Below are positions 1 to 9,780 of a DNA stretch of 64,000 nt, in pieces (position 1 is the first letter of the stretch; each line of letters opens with the position of its first letter). The stretch lies in contig JBKCLO010000193.1 in assembly GCA_046300675.1 (NCBI GenBank), positions 70,526-134,525 of the forward strand, written 5' to 3'. The translations under genes were made by a program, and so were the position numbers. The DNA comes from Ignavibacteria bacterium (GTDB lineage: Bacteria > Bacteroidota > Ignavibacteria > Kapaibacteriales > Kapaibacteriaceae). The notes below the pieces were generated by a model that was not told where the DNA came from, searched no databases, and saw nothing but the letters and a program-made list of their open reading frames with translations.

Positions 1-32
1 AACAATGCCTTGGTTTTCAACTTCTTCTGTAC

Positions 33-3000
33 ATGACACCACACAACACCATTTGGAAACGCAACATTCTTCTGCATGTACTGTGCATGTGCCTGCTGTT
101 GCCAATGTGCCTTTCGCAGGCTGCAGCGCAGCTGGTGCTCAATGGAGTTGCCATACCAGGTGTTGGATCGTTCGTTGATGCTTCCAATTATCCAGAAGTA
201 ACCGTACGTTTCAGGGCAACGCTTAATGGACAGCCCACCAATGTTGACGTCAAAGACCTATACCTGCTCGAGATCAATGTCTTTCGTCGCGTTGCCAATC
301 TAACACAGGAGGGTGGCGGCATCCATACCCTGCGATTTACGACGTCAACGTTCAGTACACGCGTAAACAGTGTACCTACTTCGACAAGTGCGAACCTGGT
401 ACTCTATGCCGTGCGCAATGGAGACGTAGGGCAGTTGCCAATTGCATGGGATGGTTTTGCAGCCAAGCGCGGCGGCTCGGTGTTCATAGTAGACAGTTTG
501 TTCAAGCGTGTGCCGCTATATCTAGACTATGGTGATGTTGCTCCAGGTACAGAGGTGATGAAAAAACTGAACCTGCGCACGTTTGCGTCCACCGTTGACG
601 CGCAGGGTAACGAACGCAGGCTTACCATCGACACACTTCGTACGTCAACATCAAACTTCCGCATCGTCTGGAAGGGTACGTACGGAGCAAAGGCACCACC
701 AGTATCGGTTGATGCAGGCACAGATTATCGCTTCGATCTCTATTGCAATACCACAACGGCGCAGCCAATCAGTGATGTGCTGACGATCGTGTATGAAGGC
801 GGCATGCGCCACGAAGTGATGCTCTTTGCCAATACACCAACCTATAAGCCAACAACAATCCTTCAGGTAGTATCGCCCAATGGCGGCGAGAACCTTGCTG
901 CGTGTCAGCTCTATACGATTGCATGGAAGGGCGCCATCCAAGGCTTCCACTCCCATGTAGAGTATTCAATCAATAATGGAACGTCATGGAAGTTCATCGA
1001 TTCAACGCTTGATTCGACGCTTCGGTGGGAAGTACCAATAGAGTACTCCGATAATGTGAAGATTCGGGTCTATCAGAAGCAAGGGGCTTCCGGAGCCCGT
1101 TGGTTGGTGGGCGAGCGCTCTCCGGCCACCAACATAGCTTTTAGTGCCAATGGACGTTATCTGGCAATTGCACATCAGAACGGCATGATCGTCGAGTGGG
1201 ATGTTGCCACATCAGCTATCGTTGCATCATATGTCGCAGAGGGCGTCTTGCCTGGGCTAACAAAGGTTACAAGGCTGTCGTATCTGGGGCAGACCCGATC
1301 GATAGCTGCAATTGTTGACAGAGCATCGCCGGCTAAGGACCTTCTGCTGCGCTTTGATCCAGGAACACCTGGGCCAGCTGCTCGTGCCGACGTCAATCAT
1401 GCAAATGCTGGCGAGATCATTTCTGACAGCACAGCTGCAACCATTTATGTTGCCGGACAAATGAGTGCTCGACTGCGCGTGTACAATGGTACAACGCTGG
1501 CAGAACAAGCAGAAGTTGTCTTGGAAGCCCCGTCATCTGCTGCGCGAGGTGCCGATGGCGTGTTGGTTCTATCGCTGATCAATGGGGATGTTGTCCGCTT
1601 TGACCCTAATACGGGTCGCGAGATCTATCGTTTCAATGCCGACTTGCCACGCATGGGCGGTCCGGCGATTCGGGATCTGTCTGTATCGCGAACGAACAGA
1701 CTTATCGCTCTTGCAGGCGAGGCCAACGAGGGTAAGGGAAATTCGCCGCAGGAGCAACGTACACTTGTTTATGATACGCAAACGAATTCGCTGATTCGCG
1801 TTATCTATCGCGAAGGATCGAATGTTGTTGGCGTTACGATCAATCCAAGTGAGACATACATCACAATGGGATTTGCAGGCCAGCCGCAGATTCGACAATA
1901 CGATGTCGTTAACCGCCAGATCCTTGGTCCAATTCCGGGTATGCCTGGTCACAGCCAGCTCATGACAGACGTTGAGTACGGCGCAGATGGCTCCACACTT
2001 GCATCGTGCTCGGAGGACACCCGCGATAATCTCCTGCTTCGCCGCATCATAACACCCGAGACAGATGAGTCCGATGGAGTGTTTCGCATCGTACCGCTCG
2101 ATGTAGCAACACCTCAGTTATCGTTTGGAGTACACTTCATTGGCGTAACGATCGACACGCTTATCGGTGGATCTATTTGTAACAACGGTATCGTCCCTGT
2201 GATCTTCGAGCGTGGAGAGCTGCAGGTTGGATCGTGGCTGGCATTGCGTGAAACCATTCAGCGCGACACCGTGCGTCCTGGAGAGTGCCTGCGTGTGCAA
2301 TTCCGTGCAGTGCCGAAGGACACCGGAAACCTCGTAGATACGCTAGAGCTTATCGCATGTGAGCGTACATTCCGTGTTCCTATCGTTATACGTACGATTG
2401 ATCGAAACCTCACGACGTTTGGCGACATGACGGATTTCGGTGATGTGTGCGTTCGCGACACAGTGCGGAAGACGTTTGTTATCGTGCGTAACAACGACCC
2501 TATACCTGTTGTGATTGACGGGATCTCGATGCGCAAGGGACTTTCGTCGCAGTTCCGTGCTCAAGGGTATCGTCCAGGAGACACCCTCCAGCCTGGGTCG
2601 AGCATGTCGGTCGAGGTACTCTTTGTGCCAAGACTTCGCGGACATGATACAGACGAGGTAGTGATTCGCTATGCAGGACAGCTTGCAGTCGACAGATCGA
2701 TCCGCGTTCTTGGGCGCGGCGCAGGAGCCGATATTGACATTTCGCATCCAACCCTTGCCTTTATTCCTGAGGTACAAGAGCGTAGTGTTGTACTCGCTAA
2801 TCGCACAGGCAATCCTATTACGCTAAGCTCTGCTGCGTTTACAGCAGGAGCCCCGTTCACAACAACGGCGGTGTTTCCCGTCGTGATACCTCCGGCAGAT
2901 TCGATCACGATTGTGATCCGTTACACCGGCGGGCAGATATCTGGCTCGGATGAATTGGTGTTTGAGGTTACACCGTGTGCCGCCACTACAAGCATTCGTC

Positions 3001-3704
3001 TCGTTCAATACCAAGGTACTGCAACAGTATGGATGCCTGATGTTCGTGTTGATCCACGCGGTGTTGCGCGCATTCCGGTAACTGCATCGATCAACGAGAA
3101 CATCCAGTACAAGGGCTTGCGTCCGTTCGAGGGCAAGATGCAGGTGTACCAGCGTCACTTCTTTGCCGACTCTATATCCGTACCTGGTGGTAGCGGCGAG
3201 ATTGCCTCGCAAAGTGTAGACGGAGATGTTCGCACGATTACCTTCCGCATCAATGGATCGTTTTCTCGCGAGAATATTATCGCATATGTGATTGGCCGCG
3301 CAGGAATCGCTGAATATGATTCGTCATACGTAACGTTTGATACTACTGCGGCAGGATTTGGCATAGCCGTGGCGACTGACTACAAGACGGGGCTCTTGCG
3401 AATCGCGAATCCGAATCCAGATCGTCATACACGTGTTGCGAAGGGGCCAATCATCCGTTCGATAAGCCCCGTTCCCGCATCATCTGATGTTTCCGTTTCT
3501 ATTGTGTCTAGCGAAGCAGCTCCTGCAACGATGCGCATTATCGATGCACAAGGAAGCATCGTTCAATCATCACAGCATCAGATACCTGTAGGGATGTCCG
3601 AGCTTGACGTTGATGTTCGCATGCTTGTTCGCGGAGTATATACTGTTGTGCTTGTGTCGGCAGACGCAGTAACGTCTCAATCTCTTGTTATCGTTAGGCC
3701 ATGA
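33..3704 (+). CDS. Large secreted protein with WD40-like/beta-propeller segments and a C-terminal tail resembling a type-A T9SS sorting domain
   Basis: A 1223-aa ORF. The N terminus reads as a signal peptide (MTPHNTIWKRNILLHVLCMCLLLPMCLSQAAAQ). A WD40-like segment (IAFSANGRYLAIAHQNGMIVEWDV) is present. The last ~75 aa (…MRIIDAQGSIVQ…VRGVYTVVLVSADAVTSQSLVIVRP) match the Por-secretion-tail pattern. No in-frame stop lies upstream within the window, so the true start could be upstream of position 1. Confidence 0.7.
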   Translation: MTPHNTIWKRNILLHVLCMCLLLPMCLSQAAAQLVLNGVAIPGVGSFVDASNYPEVTVRFRATLNGQPTNVDVKDLYLLEINVFRRVANLTQEGGGIHTLRFTTSTFSTRVNSVPTSTSANLVLYAVRNGDVGQLPIAWDGFAAKRGGSVFIVDSLFKRVPLYLDYGDVAPGTEVMKKLNLRTFASTVDAQGNERRLTIDTLRTSTSNFRIVWKGTYGAKAPPVSVDAGTDYRFDLYCNTTTAQPISDVLTIVYEGGMRHEVMLFANTPTYKPTTILQVVSPNGGENLAACQLYTIAWKGAIQGFHSHVEYSINNGTSWKFIDSTLDSTLRWEVPIEYSDNVKIRVYQKQGASGARWLVGERSPATNIAFSANGRYLAIAHQNGMIVEWDVATSAIVASYVAEGVLPGLTKVTRLSYLGQTRSIAAIVDRASPAKDLLLRFDPGTPGPAARADVNHANAGEIISDSTAATIYVAGQMSARLRVYNGTTLAEQAEVVLEAPSSAARGADGVLVLSLINGDVVRFDPNTGREIYRFNADLPRMGGPAIRDLSVSRTNRLIALAGEANEGKGNSPQEQRTLVYDTQTNSLIRVIYREGSNVVGVTINPSETYITMGFAGQPQIRQYDVVNRQILGPIPGMPGHSQLMTDVEYGADGSTLASCSEDTRDNLLLRRIITPETDESDGVFRIVPLDVATPQLSFGVHFIGVTIDTLIGGSICNNGIVPVIFERGELQVGSWLALRETIQRDTVRPGECLRVQFRAVPKDTGNLVDTLELIACERTFRVPIVIRTIDRNLTTFGDMTDFGDVCVRDTVRKTFVIVRNNDPIPVVIDGISMRKGLSSQFRAQGYRPGDTLQPGSSMSVEVLFVPRLRGHDTDEVVIRYAGQLAVDRSIRVLGRGAGADIDISHPTLAFIPEVQERSVVLANRTGNPITLSSAAFTAGAPFTTTAVFPVVIPPADSITIVIRYTGGQISGSDELVFEVTPCAATTSIRLVQYQGTATVWMPDVRVDPRGVARIPVTASINENIQYKGLRPFEGKMQVYQRHFFADSISVPGGSGEIASQSVDGDVRTITFRINGSFSRENIIAYVIGRAGIAEYDSSYVTFDTTAAGFGIAVATDYKTGLLRIANPNPDRHTRVAKGPIIRSISPVPASSDVSVSIVSSEAAPATMRIIDAQGSIVQSSQHQIPVGMSELDVDVRMLVRGVYTVVLVSADAVTSQSLVIVRP

Positions 3705-5596
3705 GCATACGCCTTATCCTATCTGCGTTGTTTGCAAGCGTCGTTGTGCTGTCAGCACAAGACACCACGCTAACGCGTATCTATGTCGGTGGTGGCATTG
3801 CCACAGGATACAACCAGTATTCTGCGAACTTTCCCAAGATCGGCCCTATGCCGGTTTGCTGCGCTGAGTTCACAAGTGGAGGCGGATTCCATTTTGGTTT
3901 CTCGCTTCACCTGGGCTACGAACCGGCAGAGACACTGATGGGGATGCAATACTCATATGGTCTTCGAGTAAGTGGTATGGGGCTTGGGGGCTCGCTCACA
4001 GATGATGAGTTCATTGGATTTGTGATCAGTAACGGCGAAGTAGGTCAAGGGCTGGCGCGTCATACTGTTGAGACATCGTTTTCAATCGTAGGTGCAGAAC
4101 CATATCTGCAGTTGCGCCCGCTTGCCGACATCCCACTTACTGCCACCATTGGTATGGTAATGGGGTTTCCTGTAGGGACTGCATACTCTCAGTTGGAGCA
4201 GCTCGTAGAGCCAACAGATCCCAACATCACCTTTGAAACGGGATCGCGTACACGCGGCACAGTGAATGCTGAGCTGCCTGGTCTTGCCAATCCCTTTTTC
4301 GCAGCAGCGCTTGGCCTGGGGTACAGATTTGAAATGGATGCTCAGCGCAGCATCGAGCCGCGTCTCGAGGCTGTTCTGGGTCTACAAAACATTACCTCAG
4401 CAGTGTCGTGGGGCGTTAACACCTACAGGCTGGGTGTAAACGTGAACTTCTTCTTGCCCAAGAGAATACCACCACCACCGCCACCACCACCGCCTGCGCC
4501 AATCGTGCCGCCAAGGATTCCGGTGCTGTCGTCGCGATTAATGATACCAGAGATGTTGCCAGCGCAAACGAGCGGCGTGGTCTCTATAGAGGTAACTCGT
4601 GAGTATCTCGATGCAGCACCAGTAATGTTCTTCGCCAAGAATAGTACGGTCTTGTTGTCGGGCTCACAACGAGCTACGCAACTCCAGCAGGACGTCCTAT
4701 CGGCCATCACAGCATATATCACGCAGCATCCCGAGGCGAAACTCACGGTAGTTGGTTCCTGTGCCGTTGATGAGGACCCGGCAGTGGCAAGAGAGCGTGC
4801 CTCGTATGCTATGCGTCTTCTGCATATTCCGTCCGAGCAGCTCGAGATGCGTATCGTACGCCAAGGTGCTGTAGAGTATCCTGAGCTCTCAGAAGAGCAC
4901 CGCAGTGTGCAGTTCCTGGTCGATGGCAGCGCTCAGATTTTTCGTGTAGAGCGCACGCGCGACAGCAGCGAGCGCTTAACGACGCTTCGGATACCAGTTG
5001 GACACATCGTATCATGCGATACGGCATGCACGTCTGGCGTAACGGCAAGCATAGACGGACGAGCGATTCGCCTCGATGGTGATGGGGCTATGTATACGAT
5101 GATCGTGGACTCGGCAGCGATTCGATCGATGCAGCAAGGAACGCCAGTAATCGTTCGTGGACAAGTTGCATTCGAAGGAACTGCTGCATCATCAGAGCAG
5201 CAGGTTGTCTACACGACGTTTGATCCAAGAGTTACAGTACGATCTGCACCTGTTGGACAAACTGCTAATGGCCAATCACCTCTTACGCTGTGCTACTTCG
5301 AATTCAACAGTTCAACGATCGCAAGTTTCAATGAGCAAGCATTTGCTGCTTTGAAGCAGGCAGTTGCAAGTGGTAAACGCGTTGAACTGATCGCAACAAC
5401 CGATCACCTCGGAACAGATGTTTCTAATGCTGATCTCGCGTCGCGTCGCGCCTCTGCTGCATTGGACAAGCTTCAGGCAATGGGCATTGGTAAGAATAAG
5501 GTCGTGATTGGCACATATCAGTCGAAGGCAAGCGAGAATGCGAGCCCCATGGATCGCATTGCCAATCGTGCAGTGAAGATCGTTATCCAGGACTAG
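3701..5596 (+). CDS. OmpA-family outer membrane protein: N-terminal beta-barrel, poly-proline linker and two OmpA-like domains
   Basis: It is translationally coupled to the upstream gene through an ATGA overlap. The signal peptide is MSIRLILSALFASVVVLSAQ. A PPPPPPPPPAPIVPP linker follows. Two OmpA C-terminal-like segments are present (FFAKNSTVLLSG…AKLTVVGS…RERASYAMRLL and YFEFNSSTI…TDHLGT…LASRRASAALDKL). Confidence 0.7.
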   Translation: MSIRLILSALFASVVVLSAQDTTLTRIYVGGGIATGYNQYSANFPKIGPMPVCCAEFTSGGGFHFGFSLHLGYEPAETLMGMQYSYGLRVSGMGLGGSLTDDEFIGFVISNGEVGQGLARHTVETSFSIVGAEPYLQLRPLADIPLTATIGMVMGFPVGTAYSQLEQLVEPTDPNITFETGSRTRGTVNAELPGLANPFFAAALGLGYRFEMDAQRSIEPRLEAVLGLQNITSAVSWGVNTYRLGVNVNFFLPKRIPPPPPPPPPAPIVPPRIPVLSSRLMIPEMLPAQTSGVVSIEVTREYLDAAPVMFFAKNSTVLLSGSQRATQLQQDVLSAITAYITQHPEAKLTVVGSCAVDEDPAVARERASYAMRLLHIPSEQLEMRIVRQGAVEYPELSEEHRSVQFLVDGSAQIFRVERTRDSSERLTTLRIPVGHIVSCDTACTSGVTASIDGRAIRLDGDGAMYTMIVDSAAIRSMQQGTPVIVRGQVAFEGTAASSEQQVVYTTFDPRVTVRSAPVGQTANGQSPLTLCYFEFNSSTIASFNEQAFAALKQAVASGKRVELIATTDHLGTDVSNADLASRRASAALDKLQAMGIGKNKVVIGTYQSKASENASPMDRIANRAVKIVIQD

Positions 5597-5599
5597 AGT

Positions 5600-6751
5600 A
5601 TGCTTACACGTCGCGACTTTCTCTTGCGCGAAGACATCACCTTCCTTAACCATGGGTCTTTTGGTGCATGTCCAAAGGAGCTGCTCGATGAGCAGCGCCG
5701 GTGGATTGAGCGTCTTGAGCAGCAGCCGGTGCTATATTTCCGTGAACTGATGCATGAAATGCAACGAGCGCGCACTGCATTGGCGGAGTACGTTGGTGCA
5801 AAGGCTGAGAATCTGGTCTATGTAGCCAATTCTACGTTCGGTGTAAACGTTGCAGCGCATGCGGTGGCTGACATGCTTCAGCCGGGTGATGAGATACTAT
5901 CAAATGATCACGAGTATGGTGCATGCAATCGTGCATGGAAGGCCCATGCCGTTAGCAAGGGCGCAGTGTATGTGCAGCAGCACATCCCGATCCCTGTTCC
6001 TTCGGCATCCGAGCTTATCGAGATCATCTGGGCTGGCGTAACCGAACGAACACGGGTGTTGTTCATCAGTCACATCACGTCACCAACGGGAGTTCGTCTG
6101 CCAGTTGAAGAGCTGTGCAGGCGAGCACGCAAGAATGGAATCATCACGATTGTAGATGGATCTCATTCGCCAGGACACATCCCACTGGATCTTGCAGAGT
6201 TGGGTTGTGACATCTACACAGCTAATTGCCACAAGTGGATGTGCACCCCAAAGGGTAGTGCATTGTTGTGGGCATCCGATACGTGGCTAACAAGAATGAA
6301 GCCCTTGGTGGTAAGCTGGGGCTCGGATAATCCAACAGTTGGCGATGGATACTTTGTTGATGGGAACGAGTTCCTGGGTACACGAGATCACAGCCCCTTT
6401 CTCACCGTGCCTTATGCTATCGAATGGATGAAGCGCAACGACTGGCCGGCTCTGCAGCATCGTAGCAGAGATCTTACATTACGGGGTGTTGAGCTGCTGT
6501 GCAGCATCGAAGGTGTTGCGCCAATCTCCATAAATGGGCAAGACCCCATGCTGCAGCTTGGAACAGTGACGCTGCCGGCAGATACCAATACCGATGCGAT
6601 GAAGACATGGCTCTATGATGAGCGTAACATTGAAGTTGTTGTCCATCGGTGGCTCGACGTCCCGATACTACGCTTCAGTGTCCATGCGCATACGACGCTG
6701 GCAGATCTTGAGATGCTCGTCTCGGCAGTTCGTGCCTATCTACGCCGGTAG
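5600..6751 (+). CDS. Class-V aminotransferase-fold PLP-dependent enzyme (isopenicillin-N epimerase / cysteine desulfurase-like)
   Basis: A 383-aa ORF. The N terminus (FLNHGSFGACPKELLD) and a conserved lysine context (TANCHKWMCTPKGSALLW) are typical of class-V aminotransferases. Confidence 0.75.
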   Translation: MLTRRDFLLREDITFLNHGSFGACPKELLDEQRRWIERLEQQPVLYFRELMHEMQRARTALAEYVGAKAENLVYVANSTFGVNVAAHAVADMLQPGDEILSNDHEYGACNRAWKAHAVSKGAVYVQQHIPIPVPSASELIEIIWAGVTERTRVLFISHITSPTGVRLPVEELCRRARKNGIITIVDGSHSPGHIPLDLAELGCDIYTANCHKWMCTPKGSALLWASDTWLTRMKPLVVSWGSDNPTVGDGYFVDGNEFLGTRDHSPFLTVPYAIEWMKRNDWPALQHRSRDLTLRGVELLCSIEGVAPISINGQDPMLQLGTVTLPADTNTDAMKTWLYDERNIEVVVHRWLDVPILRFSVHAHTTLADLEMLVSAVRAYLRR

Positions 6752-7007
6752 ATCATGAAATGTTGTGCGTGTTGCGCACTTCATGAATGAACTCATCCAT
6801 AAAGATCAGAGAATCTTCAAGGTTGAGGCTCATTATCCCACCGCCTTTGACCTCCAGGTCTACAAAGAGCTGCAGATCTGCAAAGTCATACTTGATGTTT
6901 GCATTAAGAATGTCTGCTCGCCCAACATCGCGACCGCCGAAGTGAAAGATCTTCATTGCCGACCTCATCTATGAGAAGTGTGTTACGTCTCGACGAGGTT
7001 GCTCGGG

Positions 7008-7628
7008 TTATGTTGTTCCGAAAAGTCTATCCCCGGCATCACCAAGACCAGGTACGATGTAGCCAACATCATTGAGCTCTCGGTCGAGTGCTGCAATCAC
7101 GATGTCGGCTTCGGGGTGCGATGATTCTACGGCCTGAACACCTTCAGGAGCCCCAATCAAGCATGCCACAAGCAACTTCTGATGAGGAAGGGGGCTTATC
7201 AGGTCGAGTGTTGCCACCATGCTTCCTCCAGTTGCAAGCATAGGATCGATCACGATGAACGTCGTTGATCCATCTGAAGGGGGGAGATTGCGGTAGTATT
7301 CATCAGGATGAAGCGTCTCTTCGTTGCGCTTAAGTCCGATAAAGCCAACGCTGGCGCTAGGGCATAGTGTTAAGAACGGCTCGAGAAGCCCCATGCCGGC
7401 ACGTAGGATCGGGACCACCACCACATTACCGTCAATGACGTCGGCGGTCGTTGTTTCAAGTGGAGTCGTTACCTGCTGTTGGGTTGCTGGAAGATGCTTG
7501 AGTGTTTCGACAGCAATGTGAAGACCAATTCGATGTACAGCTGCACGAAACACATCAACATGTGTATCAACAGACCTAATTATCGCAAGGTCGTGCGAAA
7601 GAGCCGTGCCCGAAAGAATCGTGGTCAT
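7008..7628 (-). CDS. upp: Uracil phosphoribosyltransferase
   Basis: A 206-aa ORF. The PRPP-binding motif FIVIDPMLATGGS is present. ILRAGMGLLEPF is characteristic of UPRTase. Confidence 0.9.
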   Translation of the reverse strand: MTTILSGTALSHDLAIIRSVDTHVDVFRAAVHRIGLHIAVETLKHLPATQQQVTTPLETTTADVIDGNVVVVPILRAGMGLLEPFLTLCPSASVGFIGLKRNEETLHPDEYYRNLPPSDGSTTFIVIDPMLATGGSMVATLDLISPLPHQKLLVACLIGAPEGVQAVESSHPEADIVIAALDRELNDVGYIVPGLGDAGDRLFGTT

Positions 7629-7629
7629 C

Positions 7630-9306
7630 TTACCACTTCGGATAGAAGAGCAACGTTAGGCGTGGAATAGCGTAGATCGTTGTTACGTCTGCGATCTCCT
7701 GCGACAGCACTGCCTTGCCGGTTGCGGGGTTCACAAAGCGATGCAGGTATACGCCTTCACCAGGTTTTGCTGGGTCTTCCTGAATTCGTCCATCACGCAG
7801 CGCAGCATCAAGGATCTGATCCTTACCGCTGAGCTTTTCTTTGTTAAACCACGACGAAAAGATCTCTTCGTCTGATACTGGATATGATGCTGTGACCACA
7901 TCTGGCTGTCCACCCAAGATGAAGTCAAACCGTACGTTGATCATTGGATAGAACATGCCGAATGATGTTGGTATAGACACGCCTGCGCCGATGCCAGCTA
8001 TCACGCCGAATCTTGATGTGGTCGAGATCCCATCGTTTGTATGCGCATACGTCACACCAGTCTGCGGTAGAAAGTTGACTTTATTGTAGGGATTCAGAGC
8101 ATAAACCATGGCAAGCTCTGCAATATTGGTTACGATAGGGGGCAGGTTGTATTCTGCCCGATCGCCTACGTTCTTTGTGTAGAGATACGTGCCCTCAAGA
8201 AGAATCCGCGGTGTAAGCTGATAAGCAACTGTTGCGCCCAGACTTGAGAGTGAAGGATACGAGAATGATGCAACAGTGTCTTCCGTGATCTCCCGCCACT
8301 TCATCGAGACATTCTCGCCTTGTGCACGTTGGTAGAGCTGACGGTAGGTTCTGCGCTCTGTGACGGTATTAGAGCCAAGTGTAATGCCGAAGCCAAACTT
8401 CTTCGGCTTCACAAAGCGCTCATATCCCGAGGAATCAACTGAATATGCGTCCATTGCATACTCGTAGTCCGAATCACGCTCGTAGTCGTCCTCATTCGGA
8501 ACACGAGGCTGCGCTTGGAGTCCAAGCGTTGCAAATGCAAGTAGCAGTGCGAGGCGAAAGAGCTTCTTTGCCGTTTGTGTAGAGACGGATTGAACTTCTG
8601 CAAATGTCATTGAACGTATCTCCGCGATTTTTTCGGCAACAAGACGCACAAATGCAGGCTCATTGCGTTTGCCTCTGTGCGGTACTGGTGTCATGTATGG
8701 CGAATCGGTTTCTATCATAAATCTGTCTAGCGGCACACGTTCAATCACATCGTGTAGTGTGAACTTCTTGAACGTGATGTTGCCCGTGAATGAGACATGC
8801 ATGCCCAGTGAAAGTGCCCGTTCAAGGATGGCCGCATCGCTCGAGAAGCAATGAAGTACTCCACGAAGCGATCCGTCTTGTTCCTGCTCAATGATATCCA
8901 GAAGATCCTGATCCGAGTCACGATTATGGACGATCACTGGCAGATTGTGCGACTTTGCTATGCGCAGCTGCTCGCGAAAGTACAATTTCTGCACGTCTGG
9001 TGAGCAGAAGTCGTAGTAATAATCAAGTCCAATCTCGCCGATGGCAACAACCTTTGCTTCCGTGCACTGCATCTCTACATCTGCAAGATCAGACTCTGCA
9101 ACCTCTCCAGCATGATGTGGGTGGATGCCTACGCCGCGAAAAAGGCGTGGATGTGCGTCAACAACCAACTTCAGGTGCGCGCGCGCTGAAGGTTTGATGT
9201 CGGGCACAATGATTGCCTCAACACCAGATTCGAACGCTCTTTCCAGCACATCGGCTCTGTCTGCCTCAAAGGCCTCAGTATCGATATGCGCATGCGTATC
9301 GATCAT
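7630..9306 (-). CDS. tatD: TatD-family metal-dependent hydrolase (N-terminal ~258 aa) fused in-frame to a signal-peptide-like segment plus a ~300-aa outer-membrane beta-barrel-like domain
   Basis: The N terminus MIDTHAHIDTEAF… through …TQTAKKLFRL is a complete TatD fold with its usual C-terminal ending. The reading frame then continues without a stop codon into LALLLAFATLGLQAQP, a signal-peptide h-region plus an AxA-like cleavage site. About 290 aa follow with alternating hydrophobicity, ending in the aromatic beta-signal-like …LTLLFYPKW. An in-frame ATG lies at 8610 (MTFAEVQ…). Confidence 0.75.
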   Translation of the reverse strand: MIDTHAHIDTEAFEADRADVLERAFESGVEAIIVPDIKPSARAHLKLVVDAHPRLFRGVGIHPHHAGEVAESDLADVEMQCTEAKVVAIGEIGLDYYYDFCSPDVQKLYFREQLRIAKSHNLPVIVHNRDSDQDLLDIIEQEQDGSLRGVLHCFSSDAAILERALSLGMHVSFTGNITFKKFTLHDVIERVPLDRFMIETDSPYMTPVPHRGKRNEPAFVRLVAEKIAEIRSMTFAEVQSVSTQTAKKLFRLALLLAFATLGLQAQPRVPNEDDYERDSDYEYAMDAYSVDSSGYERFVKPKKFGFGITLGSNTVTERRTYRQLYQRAQGENVSMKWREITEDTVASFSYPSLSSLGATVAYQLTPRILLEGTYLYTKNVGDRAEYNLPPIVTNIAELAMVYALNPYNKVNFLPQTGVTYAHTNDGISTTSRFGVIAGIGAGVSIPTSFGMFYPMINVRFDFILGGQPDVVTASYPVSDEEIFSSWFNKEKLSGKDQILDAALRDGRIQEDPAKPGEGVYLHRFVNPATGKAVLSQEIADVTTIYAIPRLTLLFYPKW

Positions 9307-9779
9307 GAAGCCCCTTGTAGTTCTTTCACTGCAGCGATCACTGCATCGACGTGGCCTGGAACTTTTACCTTTTCAAAGACGCGGACGATCTTTCCTTTGG
9401 GATCGATGATGTACGTTGTGCGTTCTACGCCCATATACTTTCTGCCGTACATCGACTTTTCCTTCCAGACGTCGTAGCTCTGGCAAACCTCTTTCTCCGT
9501 GTCTGCAAGCAACGGAAAGTTGAGAGCCTGCTTTGCCTTGAACGAATCGTGCGACTTCACGCTGTCGGGGCTAACGCCGATTACGCTAACGCCGAGCTTT
9601 GTAAGCCGGCTCATCGAATCGCGAAAATCGCATGCCTCTGTGGTGCAACCCGAGGTTGCATCCTTGGGGTAGAAATACAAGACAAGCCACGATCCTTTGC
9701 AGGATGCGAGCGAAATCGTACCCGCTCCGTCGGTTGGTCCTTTGAACGACGGTGCTTTTGTTCCTTCTGCAAGTGCCAT
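9303..9779 (-). CDS. bcp: Thiol peroxidase / peroxiredoxin Bcp (PrxQ)
   Basis: A 158-aa ORF. WLVLYFYPKDATSGCTTEAC carries the peroxidatic Cys in a TxxC context. An ATGA overlap links it to the downstream tatD. Confidence 0.88.
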   Translation of the reverse strand: MALAEGTKAPSFKGPTDGAGTISLASCKGSWLVLYFYPKDATSGCTTEACDFRDSMSRLTKLGVSVIGVSPDSVKSHDSFKAKQALNFPLLADTEKEVCQSYDVWKEKSMYGRKYMGVERTTYIIDPKGKIVRVFEKVKVPGHVDAVIAAVKELQGAS

Positions 9780-9780
9780 G

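Noticed and set aside
4474-4503. The CCA/CCG repeat run, considered as a possible CRISPR or tandem-repeat locus
   Set aside because: It is an in-frame proline-codon run inside a CDS. There are no spacer-repeat periodicity and no cas genes anywhere in the window.
6755-6790. An 11-codon Cys-rich micro-ORF (MKCCACCALHE) right after the aminotransferase stop
   Set aside because: It is too short, has no Shine-Dalgarno-like site, and forms part of the imperfect hairpin sequence. It is most likely coincidental.
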